DNA of 64,000 nt from a virus. Lineage: Duplodnaviria; Heunggongvirae; Uroviricota; Caudoviricetes. Position 1 is the stretch's first letter. Each line of letters begins with the position of its first letter. A program made the translations under genes and the position numbers. Where the stretch lies: IMG/VR virus record IMGVR_UViG_3300021255_002910, positions 16,088 to 80,087 of that record; one strand, given 5' to 3'. Below the pieces are notes generated by a model that saw only the letters and a program-made list of their open reading frames with translations, was not told where the DNA came from and made no database searches. Shown in pieces: positions 17,952-28,007 of the stretch.

Positions 17952-18443
17952 TTACTCCCCTGCGGCCTTCTGCTTGCCGTCGGTGTCGCTGTCGGCCTTG
18001 TCGTACTCAAACACGTCGATAATCTTCGTGTCGTCCACGGCGCAGGCTTCATAGTCAATCATCGTGCCCGACATCACCTCGTCCACGTTCTTCATGGCGC
18101 GGTGCAGGTCGCTGGCCTGTACGAGGTAGGTCACGCGGCTGCGCTTCTCCTTCTCGGTGCGCTCGTCGATGGTGATAAACTCCAGCTTGGCCTTGTAGTA
18201 GCGGTCGGCCTGGGGGTCCTGGTCGTCGAAGAAGATTTCCTTGTAGGGTGCCTTCTTCAAGTCCTTCACCTCATATTCACCGCTGATGTAGGCCGACATC
18301 TCTTCGATGATGCGGTTCTCTGCCTCGGCATAACTGAGGGCATCCACCACATACTGCTCGACAACCTTCTTCTGCAGGCCGTCTTCCTGCGTCTTCTCAT
18401 ACTGAATCTTGGCTTCAAACCAAGTTGCTGTTCTTGATCTCAT
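17952..18443 (-). CDS. hypothetical protein
   Basis: Start chosen at MRSRTATWFEAKIQ. Confidence 0.45.
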   Translation of the reverse strand: MRSRTATWFEAKIQYEKTQEDGLQKKVVEQYVVDALSYAEAENRIIEEMSAYISGEYEVKDLKKAPYKEIFFDDQDPQADRYYKAKLEFITIDERTEKEKRSRVTYLVQASDLHRAMKNVDEVMSGTMIDYEACAVDDTKIIDVFEYDKADSDTDGKQKAAGE

Positions 18444-18573
18444 AATAGTTCCTTTCTTTTTTAGCCCTCCCTTGCGGTCGGGGAAATTACACAAAAATTA
18501 AATTCAAAAATTATATAAAAATTACTTTCTGTCGCTGTCGCTTGATGAAAGCACTGAAGCGAGTCTTCGGGAA

Positions 18574-19041
18574 TTACTTGCCGCTCAGTTCGGCTATCCG
18601 CTGCTGTATGGCGTCGGTGGCCTGTTGAAGATTGATGTCCCAGCAGATGTCGGCATAGACCTTGCCTGCGTCGATGATGCCCACGACGAGCAACAGCGTC
18701 ATGGCGTCGGCGACGGGTTTGGGGTAGCCACTGACTATCTGCTCGGCGGTATAGCCCGTCACCTTGCGGACGCGGCGCAGCATGGTCTTTGTGTCGCGCT
18801 CGCCATGACGGCGGGAGTGCTGGGGATGCTGTCGGTAGTCGTCGATATAGAACAGGTTTTTCTCCAAGTCCTCAATCTCCTTGTCGCGGTCGCTGATGCC
18901 CTGTTCGGGCTTCAGTCCTGCCCGCCACAGGTACTTGATAGCGTTGGCGATGTCGCAGGTGTAGTGACGGATGATGTCGATACACTCTATTCCTGCGGGG
19001 TGGGCATTGTAATGTTGCGGATGCTGTACGTTGTTGTTCAT
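18574..19041 (-). CDS. DUF3310-family phage protein
   Basis: VQHPQHYNAHPAGIECIDIIRHY...NAIKYLWRAGLK matches the DUF3310 signature. Confidence 0.7.
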   Translation of the reverse strand: MNNNVQHPQHYNAHPAGIECIDIIRHYTCDIANAIKYLWRAGLKPEQGISDRDKEIEDLEKNLFYIDDYRQHPQHSRRHGERDTKTMLRRVRKVTGYTAEQIVSGYPKPVADAMTLLLVVGIIDAGKVYADICWDINLQQATDAIQQRIAELSGK

Positions 19042-19553
19042 TGCTTGTCGGGATTTGGTTTGTTCGGGGTTCCGACGGGAGAAGCCGTCGGCACGGGGGC
19101 TTGAGGGCGGCGGTGCTTGCGCTTCTTGCCGGAGAGGACGTGGGTGGGTGTTGGCAGGTTGGCGGGAGTGCCGTTGCGCTGCGTGAGTTTCTTCTCCTTG
19201 GGGTCGTAGCAGTAAGTCTTGGGGATGCCGACGCGGAAGGCGAAGTTTTCCTCGATGCGGGCGCCACGGCTCTCTTGCCAGCCGTCGATAAGACAGATGG
19301 CATCGCTGCGGGATAGCAGGGCGAGGTCGTAGCAGAGCACGAGGCGGTAGGCGAGGTCGGAGCCGAGGACGCGCTGCATGAACCTGTAGAGAAAGGGGAA
19401 GCGGCAGGGCCAGGAGCGGGCAGGGTTGACGGGACGCAGGCCGCTCTTCTCCAGCAGCATGGCGCAGTCGTGGAAACGGCTGACGTTCTCGCGGAAGTCG
19501 GCGGCGGTCTGGGCAGTCATGGGGCCTGAAATATAAATCCTTTTTCTTTTCAT
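19038..19553 (-). CDS. DUF4406 (nucleoside 2-deoxyribosyltransferase-like) protein
   Basis: KRIYISGPMT motif; internal ATG chosen at 19553. Confidence 0.6.
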   Translation of the reverse strand: MKRKRIYISGPMTAQTAADFRENVSRFHDCAMLLEKSGLRPVNPARSWPCRFPFLYRFMQRVLGSDLAYRLVLCYDLALLSRSDAICLIDGWQESRGARIEENFAFRVGIPKTYCYDPKEKKLTQRNGTPANLPTPTHVLSGKKRKHRRPQAPVPTASPVGTPNKPNPDKQ

Positions 19554-19799
19554 TGTTCTTTGTTGTTTTTGGGATGGCCTGCGGCCAGTAATTGAGTCCA
19601 ACTCGCTTCGCTCGTCGAAGAAATTATACAAAAATTATGTTCAAAAATTATATAAAAATTATTCTTTTCTATTTGGGTCGCTAACGCTCAAAATCATTCA
19701 AAATCTTATCCAAAATCTTTCAATTTCTGCCCGTCAGGGCTTTTTAATTTTTGAATATAATTTTTGTATAATTTCTGGCCGACAGGCCATCCCTAAAAA

Positions 19800-21077
19800 T
19801 CATTTCTCAGCGTTAATCAACATCGGCATCTGTAGCAGCAGGAGGCCGGCCTTGTCGTCGTCGGGCGAGAGGAGGAAGGCACGGCTGGGGTCGGCGAGGC
19901 GCAGGCGCACGTCATCGGTGGTGATGGCCGAGAGGAGGGTGAGCATGGTCGAGATCTTGCAGCCGAAACGCAGGTTCTCGGGGAAGGTGGTGTCGCCGTC
20001 GTTGACGATGGCCACCTGCTCGTCGGCCTGACGCGAGAAGTCGTAGTCACTGGCCGAGAGGTGGAGCTGCGAGCCGTCGCGGTAGAAGACGACCATGTTG
20101 CTCGACTCGTTGGCAAACACCTGCACGCGGCGCAGGGCCGACGACAGCTCGGCACGCCCGATGACGAGCAGGTGGGGGTTGTTCTGCGGGATGACCGAGT
20201 TGTAGTTGGGATAGCGGCTGTCGATGGTGCGCGAGACGAGCCGTATGCCGTCGGTGGCGAACTCGATGCGCTGAGTGTCGGCAGTCATTGTCACGCTCTT
20301 GGCACCGGCGAAGGCGTTCTTCAGCGGCGTGAGCACTTGTGGCACGATGAGCACCGTGGCGCTCTGGTCGGCAGCGAACTTGCCATAGTCGAGGTAGCCC
20401 ACGCCCGGCTCGATATGGCGGCGGTAGAGGGAATGTCCGTCGCTGCTGACAAACACGGCCTTGTCGTGGAACAGGTCGGCGCAGACGCAGCCCATCTGGG
20501 GGCGCAGCTCGTCGCTGGCTACGCAGATGCTCGCACGGATGATGTGCTGCACCAGCTCGTCGCCCTGCATCGTGAGGCGGACGAGGGGCGTGGCACCCGA
20601 CGGAGAAGCGCCGGCACCCTCGGCGGCATTTTCGGCGGGTACGGCCACGGCTGGCAGAGCGGGATATTCGTCGGCACTCTCTACGGGCAGTGAGAACTCG
20701 CCCTTCTGGTAGTTCACCTTCAGCAGGTTCTTCTCCGTGTCGATGGTGGCGGTGACGGGCATGGCGGGCAGCGTGGCGATGGCCTCGCGCAGGGTGCTGT
20801 GACTGATGGCCACCTGCGTGAAGGGGTCGCGGCGGTCGGGGTCAATCATAATCATCCACGGCTGACGGTTGCCGTCCTTGTCGGTGGTGGCGCAGTCGAT
20901 AGAGAGGAACTGCTCGCTGTTGCCCGACAGGAGCGTGAAGAGGTTCTGCTCCTTGTTGTAACGCAGGACTATATCGCCCAAAATTGGCAACGAATTTTTG
21001 CTGTTGATTACTGTGCCCGCCATAGCCAGGGCTTTCTTCATCTCTGAGGTCTCAATTCTTACTAAGATTTTGCTCAT
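19800..21077 (-). CDS. dnaN: DNA polymerase III beta (sliding clamp)-like protein
   Basis: N-terminal LPILGDIVL and C-terminal ...LLLLQMPMLINAEK clamp signatures; 425 aa. Confidence 0.75.
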   Translation of the reverse strand: MSKILVRIETSEMKKALAMAGTVINSKNSLPILGDIVLRYNKEQNLFTLLSGNSEQFLSIDCATTDKDGNRQPWMIMIDPDRRDPFTQVAISHSTLREAIATLPAMPVTATIDTEKNLLKVNYQKGEFSLPVESADEYPALPAVAVPAENAAEGAGASPSGATPLVRLTMQGDELVQHIIRASICVASDELRPQMGCVCADLFHDKAVFVSSDGHSLYRRHIEPGVGYLDYGKFAADQSATVLIVPQVLTPLKNAFAGAKSVTMTADTQRIEFATDGIRLVSRTIDSRYPNYNSVIPQNNPHLLVIGRAELSSALRRVQVFANESSNMVVFYRDGSQLHLSASDYDFSRQADEQVAIVNDGDTTFPENLRFGCKISTMLTLLSAITTDDVRLRLADPSRAFLLSPDDDKAGLLLLQMPMLINAEK

Positions 21078-21266
21078 TGTTGTTTTGTTATGAAATGGTT
21101 ATTATGATGTTTCTTTGTGGTCGGGCTGTCGCCCTCAAAATGTTATTTATAATTTTTATTTATAATTTTATTTAGAATGTGGCTTGCGCCGTCCGTGATG
21201 ATAATTTTAAATCAAATTTTAAATATCAATTTTAAATCAAATTTCAAGGCGAAGCCGCCCAGATAG

Positions 21267-21884
21267 TCAGAACGGCAGGTCGTCGGGCTCTTCCTGTCCG
21301 TAGGGCATACCCGTGGCGGGGTCGGTCTGCGGCGGTGTCCATGTCTGTGCGGTCTGCACGGCGGGGCCTTGCGGCTGCGACGGGTTCTGATACGACTGCC
21401 CCGAGAGGTGGCGGTCTTCTACCAGGTAGGCATCGCCCATGTCGAAGGGCGTCAGGCGGCTGATAGCCTTCGAGAGCTCGGTGCCGCGCTCGTCGGTCTG
21501 TCCCGCGAGTTCGGGCTGTTCGCGGAGCACCAACTTCTGCAGGGCCTGACGGATGCGAGTGCGAATCTCTTCCTTCAGCGAGAAACACACCGTATATGCC
21601 GGAATGTTGTAAGCCGTCTGTGCCTCGCCCTTGCGCAGCAGTCCGTCGCGCACCGACTGGATATAGATGCCGTTGGGGTCGCGGAACACGAAGTTGGCGA
21701 AGCAGCGCAGGCCGGAGCGGTTACGCTTCTGCTCGGCGCGGCTGTCCTGCGTGACTTGCAGCCCGTTGATGGCCGCTGGAATGAAGATACCTGGCACGTC
21801 GGTCACACCGTCGTCGCCTTTCACTACTACTGCCTTAGCTCCGAAAAACTTGCCAAGGTCGATTGAAAATCTGTACTTTGCCAT
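21267..21884 (-). CDS. putative ssDNA-binding protein with an SSB-type acidic tail
   Basis: C-terminus QEEPDDLPF, as in the DDDIPF SSB tail, preceded by a Gln/Pro-rich linker. Start at MAKYRFSIDLG (21884). Confidence 0.5.
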   Translation of the reverse strand: MAKYRFSIDLGKFFGAKAVVVKGDDGVTDVPGIFIPAAINGLQVTQDSRAEQKRNRSGLRCFANFVFRDPNGIYIQSVRDGLLRKGEAQTAYNIPAYTVCFSLKEEIRTRIRQALQKLVLREQPELAGQTDERGTELSKAISRLTPFDMGDAYLVEDRHLSGQSYQNPSQPQGPAVQTAQTWTPPQTDPATGMPYGQEEPDDLPF

Positions 21885-21886
21885 AA

Positions 21887-22075
21887 TTATTGTTTTGATG
21901 GTTTTGCTGTGAGTTGCTCCTTGTACTCGTCCTCGATGTAGGCTTTCAGGCCGTAGAAGGTGCGGCGCTGGAGCAGGGTCGTGGAGTTGATGAGTTCGTA
22001 AATCTCCTTCACTTCGTCGAGCGACACGATGATGTTCAGGTCGCCAGTCTGGGGTTCTTTTCCGTAGTGTATCAT
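21887..22075 (-). CDS. hypothetical small protein (62 aa)
   Basis: Ends 3 nt before the downstream start. Confidence 0.4.
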   Translation of the reverse strand: MIHYGKEPQTGDLNIIVSLDEVKEIYELINSTTLLQRRTFYGLKAYIEDEYKEQLTAKPSKQ

Positions 22076-22137
22076 AATTCTTTTGTTTTTTAGGATGGCC
22101 TTTCGGCCAAAAATTAACCAAAAATTTAATTCAAAAA

Positions 22138-22923
22138 TTATTCTGTAAAGTCCAACTGTGGCTGCTGACGTTCAAGGGCGATGCGCCGCTGGGCGATGTC
22201 GAAATACTCCTTGTTCAGCTCAAAGCCGAGGAAGTGGCGATGCTCCTTGATGGCCGCAATAGCCGTCGTGCCACTGCCCATGCAGGAGTCCAGGACGAGG
22301 TTATCGGTTTCGGTGTAAGTGCGTATGAGGTAGCGCAGCAAATCAACTGGCTTTTGGGTGGGGTGGACTTCGTGTTTTATTCCCTTCCGCTTGGAGAAAG
22401 AAATGATTGACCGAGGATATTTCTCATTAGTTATGTCAAAATCCAAATGAAGTTCAAAATTCCCATAACAGTTATTTGTATTTGATGCGCCTTTGCCGCG
22501 AGGATGCGTTTTTGCCCAATCAGGTACGGAATACTTCTGTGGGTTGAATATCGGTTGCTGACGATAGAATACGCAAATATCTTCATGCTGTCTTAGAAAA
22601 GCACGATTACAATTCAGAAAACCCGTGGCTCGCATCTTATCCCACACGAGATTATACCGCCATATCTTCGGCTGACTCATCATCAGCTGTGCCGTGAACA
22701 TGCCCTGCGCAAAGAGCACAATGGCGGCATTGGGCTTACTGATGCGGAGATATTCAGCCCATAGCGGCTCCAGCGGAATCTGCCTGTCCCACTGCGCGTT
22801 TGGGTTGCCGTCGTTCAGCACCTCATACGGCAAATCCGTAATGATGCAGTCCACGCTGGCATCGTCTATCCGCTTCATGCCTTCGAGGCAGTCCTCGTTG
22901 TAAATCTTGTCAATCTCAATCAT
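22138..22923 (-). CDS. DNA methyltransferase (N6-adenine or N4-cytosine, beta class)
   Basis: ITDLPYE (DPPY-like), HPTQKP and C-terminal SCMGSGTT (SAM site). Confidence 0.8.
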   Translation of the reverse strand: MIEIDKIYNEDCLEGMKRIDDASVDCIITDLPYEVLNDGNPNAQWDRQIPLEPLWAEYLRISKPNAAIVLFAQGMFTAQLMMSQPKIWRYNLVWDKMRATGFLNCNRAFLRQHEDICVFYRQQPIFNPQKYSVPDWAKTHPRGKGASNTNNCYGNFELHLDFDITNEKYPRSIISFSKRKGIKHEVHPTQKPVDLLRYLIRTYTETDNLVLDSCMGSGTTAIAAIKEHRHFLGFELNKEYFDIAQRRIALERQQPQLDFTE

Positions 22924-23060
22924 ATATTGTTTTCTTCTTTTTATTCATATATCGGTGTGCCGTTTTAAGCCGTTTTAAGCGCGTTTTTCGCTTTCTGGCG
23001 ATAAACTGTCCGTCTTTGGGCTGAAAATGCCGTGACGGGCTTTTCTGTGGCTCCTGCGGG

Positions 23061-23723
23061 CTATTTCTTACCCCCTGGAGGATGCGCCGGTTCTGTTGAC
23101 GATGCCTCCGGGGTGTAGCCGCGCCGAAGTACCAAGGTGCCGAAGTCGGGCGGGAAGTAGTGGGCAGCTATCTGTTCCCACACCTGCCACTGCTGCGGGG
23201 CGGTGATGTAACGCTCGGCCTCGCTGTTGCCGATGCTGACCAGCAGACGATGGCTGTGCGGCTCGGTGGTGAAGATGTAGATGTCGGTGCCCACCTGCAA
23301 GCGAGGCAGCCGCTCGGCCACTGCCTTTAGCACCTGCTCCCAGCGGCTGCGGGCCTCTGTGTCCCACTTTGCCGCCGCTTCGTCGGCGCAGCGGTCGCGC
23401 AGTTCGTCACGCTCCCGAAGGAAGTCCTGCAAGGCCGTCGTGACGACCATCGGGTCAACGGCTCCGTAGAAGCGTCCGTAGCGGCCCGTCTTGAAGCGGT
23501 AGAAGAAGAGCATCAACTCCGTCACCTTCAACGAGCGGCACTCCACGGCCAGTATGTCGGCCAGCTGCTCCTGCTGCTTCTCTGTCAGGTTGCGTGCGCC
23601 GGTGAAGGCCGACATGTCGTAAATCTGCGGCACCAGCCATGCCGACGCAAACTGCTCGCCGTAGCAGTCGCGCAGCTCGTCGAGCGTAGGGAAGTCGCCC
23701 GTCACGGCCACCTCCGGCTTCAT
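23061..23723 (-). CDS. hypothetical protein
   Basis: Internal ATG chosen to avoid overlap with 23785..24849. Confidence 0.45.
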   Translation of the reverse strand: MKPEVAVTGDFPTLDELRDCYGEQFASAWLVPQIYDMSAFTGARNLTEKQQEQLADILAVECRSLKVTELMLFFYRFKTGRYGRFYGAVDPMVVTTALQDFLRERDELRDRCADEAAAKWDTEARSRWEQVLKAVAERLPRLQVGTDIYIFTTEPHSHRLLVSIGNSEAERYITAPQQWQVWEQIAAHYFPPDFGTLVLRRGYTPEASSTEPAHPPGGKK

Positions 23724-23784
23724 GGCGAAGTATGCCTGCGTGTCGGGGTTCACCTTCTGGAGGAACTGCTCGCGCTGGCCGTAC

Positions 23785-24849
23785 CTACGCTGAATCGCCG
23801 TCGTCCTTGCGGAGTTTGCGCTCAATGATGCGCATCGACTGCTCGCGGAGTTCGTCGTCGGTAGGGTGCTGGCCGTCGCCGGTCGCAGCGCGTCGCGCTG
23901 TTGCTGTAGTGCCTGCCGTATGTCTTGTGGTTGCTTCTGCATTGTTATTATTGCTGTGTGATCTAAATTCTCCGTTGTTCTCGCGCTGCTGCCACGTCAC
24001 GCAGCACGCTTGCCATTTCCTGATGGGCTTGTTCCTGCCCTGCACCCAGCCGTTAGCCTCGTAGTGGTTCCAGAACTGGATGGGGTCGAAGGTGTAGCCC
24101 TTCTCCTGGCAGTAGGCCGTCACCTCTTCCTGCGTAGGCGGGGTGAAGCGTGACGGTTTCTGCGCCGCCGTTTTTTCGCCCTCGCGCAAATTTTCCCCCA
24201 CACCCCCTTTACTACTACCTATACTATTATTATTATTCTCTATCTCTATCTCTTTGCGCGACGCGCCCGCGTGAGAAACTGGTGCTTTTTCGTGTACTTT
24301 TTCAGTACCTTTTTCGGTACTTATTTCTGCACTTTTTTGTACCTGTTTTTGCACCCCCTTTTTACCCCTTAATTCACTACCCTCCACCACGGCCATCGAA
24401 CCGCTGGCCTGGTCGTCGGCGATGGTGCCTTCAGGGTCGCCGTCGCGGTCGAGATCGGGCAGCGTGAAACCGTTGTCCTTATACATACGCGGCTGCACCA
24501 GCATGTCGCCCTCGACCACTATGATACCATACTTATACAGCTCCTGCAGACCCGCCAGAATATTCTTCTGCCGCCACGGCAAATCGTTCTTCGCCAGCAT
24601 GGCCGCGAAATACGGCAAACGCTCGTATTTATCGGCAGTTGCGAGGCATTGCTGGGTCTTGCTTCTGCGCCAGTTGGGGTGCAGTTCCCAGTCTGATATT
24701 CGGTAGGCTCCTGGCTGTGGTGGCTCATTGAGTCGGCATAGCAAAAAGAAGTACACGCCGGCGGCCTGCTCGGAGAGAGCGCGGCACCTGGGCGACGACA
24801 AAATGTCGCGGGTAAAGACAGGTAGAACAGGGTTACGTTTGCGTCCCAT
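23785..24849 (-). CDS. putative replication-initiation/replisome-organiser protein
   Basis: Winged-helix-like N-terminus, low-complexity linker, C-terminal EEVTAYCQEKGYTFDPIQFWNHYEANGWVQG...KWQACCVTW. Adjacent to the GTGCAT repeats. Confidence 0.4.
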   Translation of the reverse strand: MGRKRNPVLPVFTRDILSSPRCRALSEQAAGVYFFLLCRLNEPPQPGAYRISDWELHPNWRRSKTQQCLATADKYERLPYFAAMLAKNDLPWRQKNILAGLQELYKYGIIVVEGDMLVQPRMYKDNGFTLPDLDRDGDPEGTIADDQASGSMAVVEGSELRGKKGVQKQVQKSAEISTEKGTEKVHEKAPVSHAGASRKEIEIENNNNSIGSSKGGVGENLREGEKTAAQKPSRFTPPTQEEVTAYCQEKGYTFDPIQFWNHYEANGWVQGRNKPIRKWQACCVTWQQRENNGEFRSHSNNNNAEATTRHTAGTTATARRAATGDGQHPTDDELREQSMRIIERKLRKDDGDSA

Positions 24850-24984
24850 AATATAGTGAAGAGTTAAGAGTGAAGAGTGAAGAATTTGCTTCCGCTGAGT
24901 GGCAGAACTTGTGGCAAAACCAGTGCAGAATGTCGTGCAAAAACTGCGATAGTAAACGCGATAGGTTGATACATAGTTTGCATC

Positions 24985-25085
24985 ATTCTATGTGCATTAC
25001 TACGTGCGTTACTATGCACGCTTTTTTGCGCAAAAGTCGTGCATAATTGCGTGCATTTTCGTGCATAGTTTGCGCAGAAATACGT
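24985..25085. repeat. cluster of CGTGCAT/ATGCACG repeats (iteron-like) in a 300-nt noncoding gap
   Basis: gtgcattactacgtgcgttactatgcacgc ... cgtgcataattgcgtgcattttcgtgcatag. Confidence 0.45.
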
Positions 25086-25161
25086 TAATTTCTGCACGGG
25101 ATTTAGCATTGAGGGTAATATCGTCGTTGTCATACGTCTGTGTGTATATATTAAAAGGTGG

Positions 25162-26487
25162 CTACTTGGCCAGCATGGCCTTGCGTTCCTCGGCCATCTG
25201 CTGTGCAAGGTCTTCCACGGCCTTGTTGCGCATGTCGGCCAGCTCGCGCATGGCCTTCTTGGCGTGGCCGGGCGTGCTGAAGATGTCATCGGAAAAATCC
25301 TCCACGGCCTTTATGGTGCTGTCGAAGGGCAGGTCGGGCGAGATCCACAGCTCCATGAGTTGCTGCACACCCATTTCTATATTCCTCTCCTCCAGGGAGT
25401 CGAGCGAGTAGGTGCTCACCTCGGGGGCCATGAGCGAGAGGGCCTGCCGCCACTTCAGGCTGACGCGGTGCAGGGAGAAAGGTTGGTAGAGCTGTTCTAC
25501 ATAGTCCATCGTCAGCAGGCCCTCAAACGCTTCGTGCGCCGACTTCATGGCCCGCTGCCATACGACCACGGCCAGCTCCAGCACGTTGGCCCCGACGAGT
25601 CCCCACGCCACCAGCTCGGCATTTGGCACGCCGTGGTGCTCCAATGAGAGGCGAAACTTGTTCCACAGTGAGCCGATGAGCGGCTGGCTCTTCTGATAGG
25701 CCAGTGCGCCCGTGCCCTCCCAGAACTCGAAGTAAGTCTTGTCGTTTATCACGCCGTATTTCCTGCGTGCTTCATCGGGCATGTCGCTGACGCGGAAGAA
25801 GCGGACGCCGTGCTCGCCGGGGTACATCAGCCGGCGGCGATAGTGGTCTTTCTCCTGTAGTGCCTGGTTGAAGAGCTGTTTTACACGCTGCTTATAGTGG
25901 GGGTGCGGGTGCCACGGCTCTTCGGCGTAGCTCTCCTTAGAGCGCACGTCGGCAATCTTGTTCAGGCAGTGGAGCATGATGGCAAGCGCGGCATTGTTGG
26001 CCACGCCCGTCATCATCTTGACGAAGCCCGCCACTTGTGCCACCGTCTGCTCCAGTTGCTGCATGGTGATGCCCTTGGGATTTGCGGCTTGGGCGACAAG
26101 GGGCTTTCCCGCAGGAGAAGCTGTGGTCACGGCGGCGGCTGCTGCTGCGGATGGCGCGTCGGTGTCCTCGCCAAACTCGGTGCGGAGGGCGGTGGCAAGG
26201 TCGGGTTCCTCGCCCGTCTTGGCACTCAGCACCAATGCGTTGATGAAAGCCTTGCGTAATGACCGTCGCTCTTCGTCGGTCAGGTGTTCGTCGGCGGCAA
26301 TGTTGTCGGCCAGTGCGTAAATCTCCTTTCCCGATTTCTCGATAATCATCTTACGGAAGATGTCATCGCTTATCTGTTCTGCCTTGTCGATGATATTCTT
26401 CGGCAGTCGTTTCAGTAGCCGTTTCCGCATGGCGAGGAATGGCGCACTTTTCGGGATGTCCGTTGTTTGCTGTGAGAGGTTGTCCAT
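25162..26487 (-). CDS. hypothetical protein (441 aa)
   Basis: Long complete ORF with no Walker motif. Confidence 0.55.
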   Translation of the reverse strand: MDNLSQQTTDIPKSAPFLAMRKRLLKRLPKNIIDKAEQISDDIFRKMIIEKSGKEIYALADNIAADEHLTDEERRSLRKAFINALVLSAKTGEEPDLATALRTEFGEDTDAPSAAAAAAVTTASPAGKPLVAQAANPKGITMQQLEQTVAQVAGFVKMMTGVANNAALAIMLHCLNKIADVRSKESYAEEPWHPHPHYKQRVKQLFNQALQEKDHYRRRLMYPGEHGVRFFRVSDMPDEARRKYGVINDKTYFEFWEGTGALAYQKSQPLIGSLWNKFRLSLEHHGVPNAELVAWGLVGANVLELAVVVWQRAMKSAHEAFEGLLTMDYVEQLYQPFSLHRVSLKWRQALSLMAPEVSTYSLDSLEERNIEMGVQQLMELWISPDLPFDSTIKAVEDFSDDIFSTPGHAKKAMRELADMRNKAVEDLAQQMAEERKAMLAK

Positions 26488-26546
26488 TGTAGATGTCGTT
26501 TCGTTTCAATTCGTTGCTGTAAAGTTATAAAATCCTTCTGAGAACT

Positions 26547-26693
26547 TAGTGACTGACTTCGCGGTCGAAGGGCAACACGAGGGCTGCCCGGTCGGCCATA
26601 GCGGCCACGGCATGATACTCGTCGGGACGTGCAGGACGCTCACCGCACAAGGCGGCAAGAGTCCGGGTGATGTATTGCGTTCGGGTCATAGTT
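26547..26693 (-). CDS. small hypothetical protein (48 aa), not in the ORF track
   Basis: MTRTQYITRTLAALCGERPARPDEYHAVAAMADRAALVLPFDREVSH. Confidence 0.3.
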
Positions 26694-26732
26694 ATTTTCG
26701 ATTTTTGAATTTTCGATTTACGATTTCTGTGT

Positions 26733-27092
26733 TCAGCCGTGCAACTTCATGCCGTATCTCTCCTTCATCAGGCGGTGCGCCCATTCGGGGATGCTGCTCT
26801 CGTCGTGCAGATGCTCGTGCATATAGTCCTCCAGCTCGCGGACGTACCCTTGCAGCAGACTGGCGAACTCGGCTTCCGGAACGCAGCCGCCTTGTATTCC
26901 GAATCGGCGCTGAATATACTTCACGTCGTTGGTGAACTTGCGGTTGAGCACCATTTCCTCCTCGCCGCCGCCATGCACATAGACGATGGCGAAGATGCGG
27001 GCCGCCGTGTCACGGCTGATGTACGGCAGGCCCACGCTCTCGAAAGCGGCGATGGTCTGCTCCTGCAGGGTAGTGGCTTGTTCTCTGTTCAT
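26733..27092 (-). CDS. hypothetical protein (119 aa)
   Basis: Complete ORF. Confidence 0.5.
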   Translation of the reverse strand: MNREQATTLQEQTIAAFESVGLPYISRDTAARIFAIVYVHGGGEEEMVLNRKFTNDVKYIQRRFGIQGGCVPEAEFASLLQGYVRELEDYMHEHLHDESSIPEWAHRLMKERYGMKLHG

Positions 27093-27102
27093 AATGTCTT
27101 TG

Positions 27103-27999
27103 CTATTTTATTTTGTTCCATACTTCTATCTCATGTTTAAAATATCTCTTGTAGAACTGCATCGAGCGGCAGATGCTGCTGCTGACCGTCCCAAGGCTCA
27201 CGCCACACTCGCGGGCTATCTCCGTCGGCGTGTTGCCCTCTATCCACATTCGCAGATACCGCTGCCGCTTGTCGCCGGGCTGCACGCGGAACCAGTCGAA
27301 CTCATAGCCGCCGCGCATATAGTGGGAGGGCTGCTCGTCGATGGTGCCGTACTCCTGGCGGTCGCTCACATGCTTCAGTCGGTCGATGGCGCGGAAGCGT
27401 GCCACGCGCTTCCACAGGCCGATGAACTTGTCGGTCTCGCGCTGGTGGCCCATATAGCCCTCGCAGCAGAGGTAGATGAAGGCATCCTGCGCCGCGTCCT
27501 TGCAGTCGTCGAGCGACTGACCCGTGACGTAGTTCACCGACCATGCCACGTCGAGGAAGTGAGCCTGATACATCTCCTTGCGCCGCTCCATCGTCTCGGC
27601 CCACTGCGGGGGTATCACCGGCTGCTGCTCGCGCAGGTTCGAGGGGCGCACGTCGTAGGGGTTGCCGTTGATGAACTCCAGCCGGACGTCGGGCGTCCAC
27701 CGGCAGGCGACGAAGGTGCTCCACGTCAGCACCTGCAACTTGTGCTGCACCTGGTGGTGCGGTCGGTCGGAGAAGCGTGCCGTCCATCCGCTGGCCCAGC
27801 GCAGGTGCTTGCTCTGTCGGGTGAGCGGTCGGCCCTGTATGAGCTGCTGGCCGTAGAGGTCGCCCGTGTAGCCCACGAAGTAGCTGATGTTGCCTATCGT
27901 GGGGTAAGGCAGCGGGCGCACCTCGCACTGGCTGCGCTCCGTCATCTCGCGGAGTGCCGCCTCGCGGCTGTCGCTGAAGAATCCGTTACCGATAACCAT
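27103..27999 (-). CDS. fusion protein: N-terminal NUMOD4/HNH_3-like endonuclease module plus C-terminal sigma-70 (ECF-like) regions 2 and 4
   Basis: EFINGNPYDVRPSNLRE (HNH_3-like), and RYLRMWIEGNTPTEIARECGVSLGTVSSSICRSMQFYKRY (sigma region-4 HTH). Confidence 0.55.
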   Translation of the reverse strand: MVIGNGFFSDSREAALREMTERSQCEVRPLPYPTIGNISYFVGYTGDLYGQQLIQGRPLTRQSKHLRWASGWTARFSDRPHHQVQHKLQVLTWSTFVACRWTPDVRLEFINGNPYDVRPSNLREQQPVIPPQWAETMERRKEMYQAHFLDVAWSVNYVTGQSLDDCKDAAQDAFIYLCCEGYMGHQRETDKFIGLWKRVARFRAIDRLKHVSDRQEYGTIDEQPSHYMRGGYEFDWFRVQPGDKRQRYLRMWIEGNTPTEIARECGVSLGTVSSSICRSMQFYKRYFKHEIEVWNKIK

Positions 28000-28007
28000 A
28001 GCTTGCG

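Noticed and set aside
24864-25289. 141-aa minus-strand ORF
   Set aside because: It lies in an AT-richer intergenic region made of GTGCAT repeats. The translation is Cys/Trp/Arg-rich and noncoding-like.
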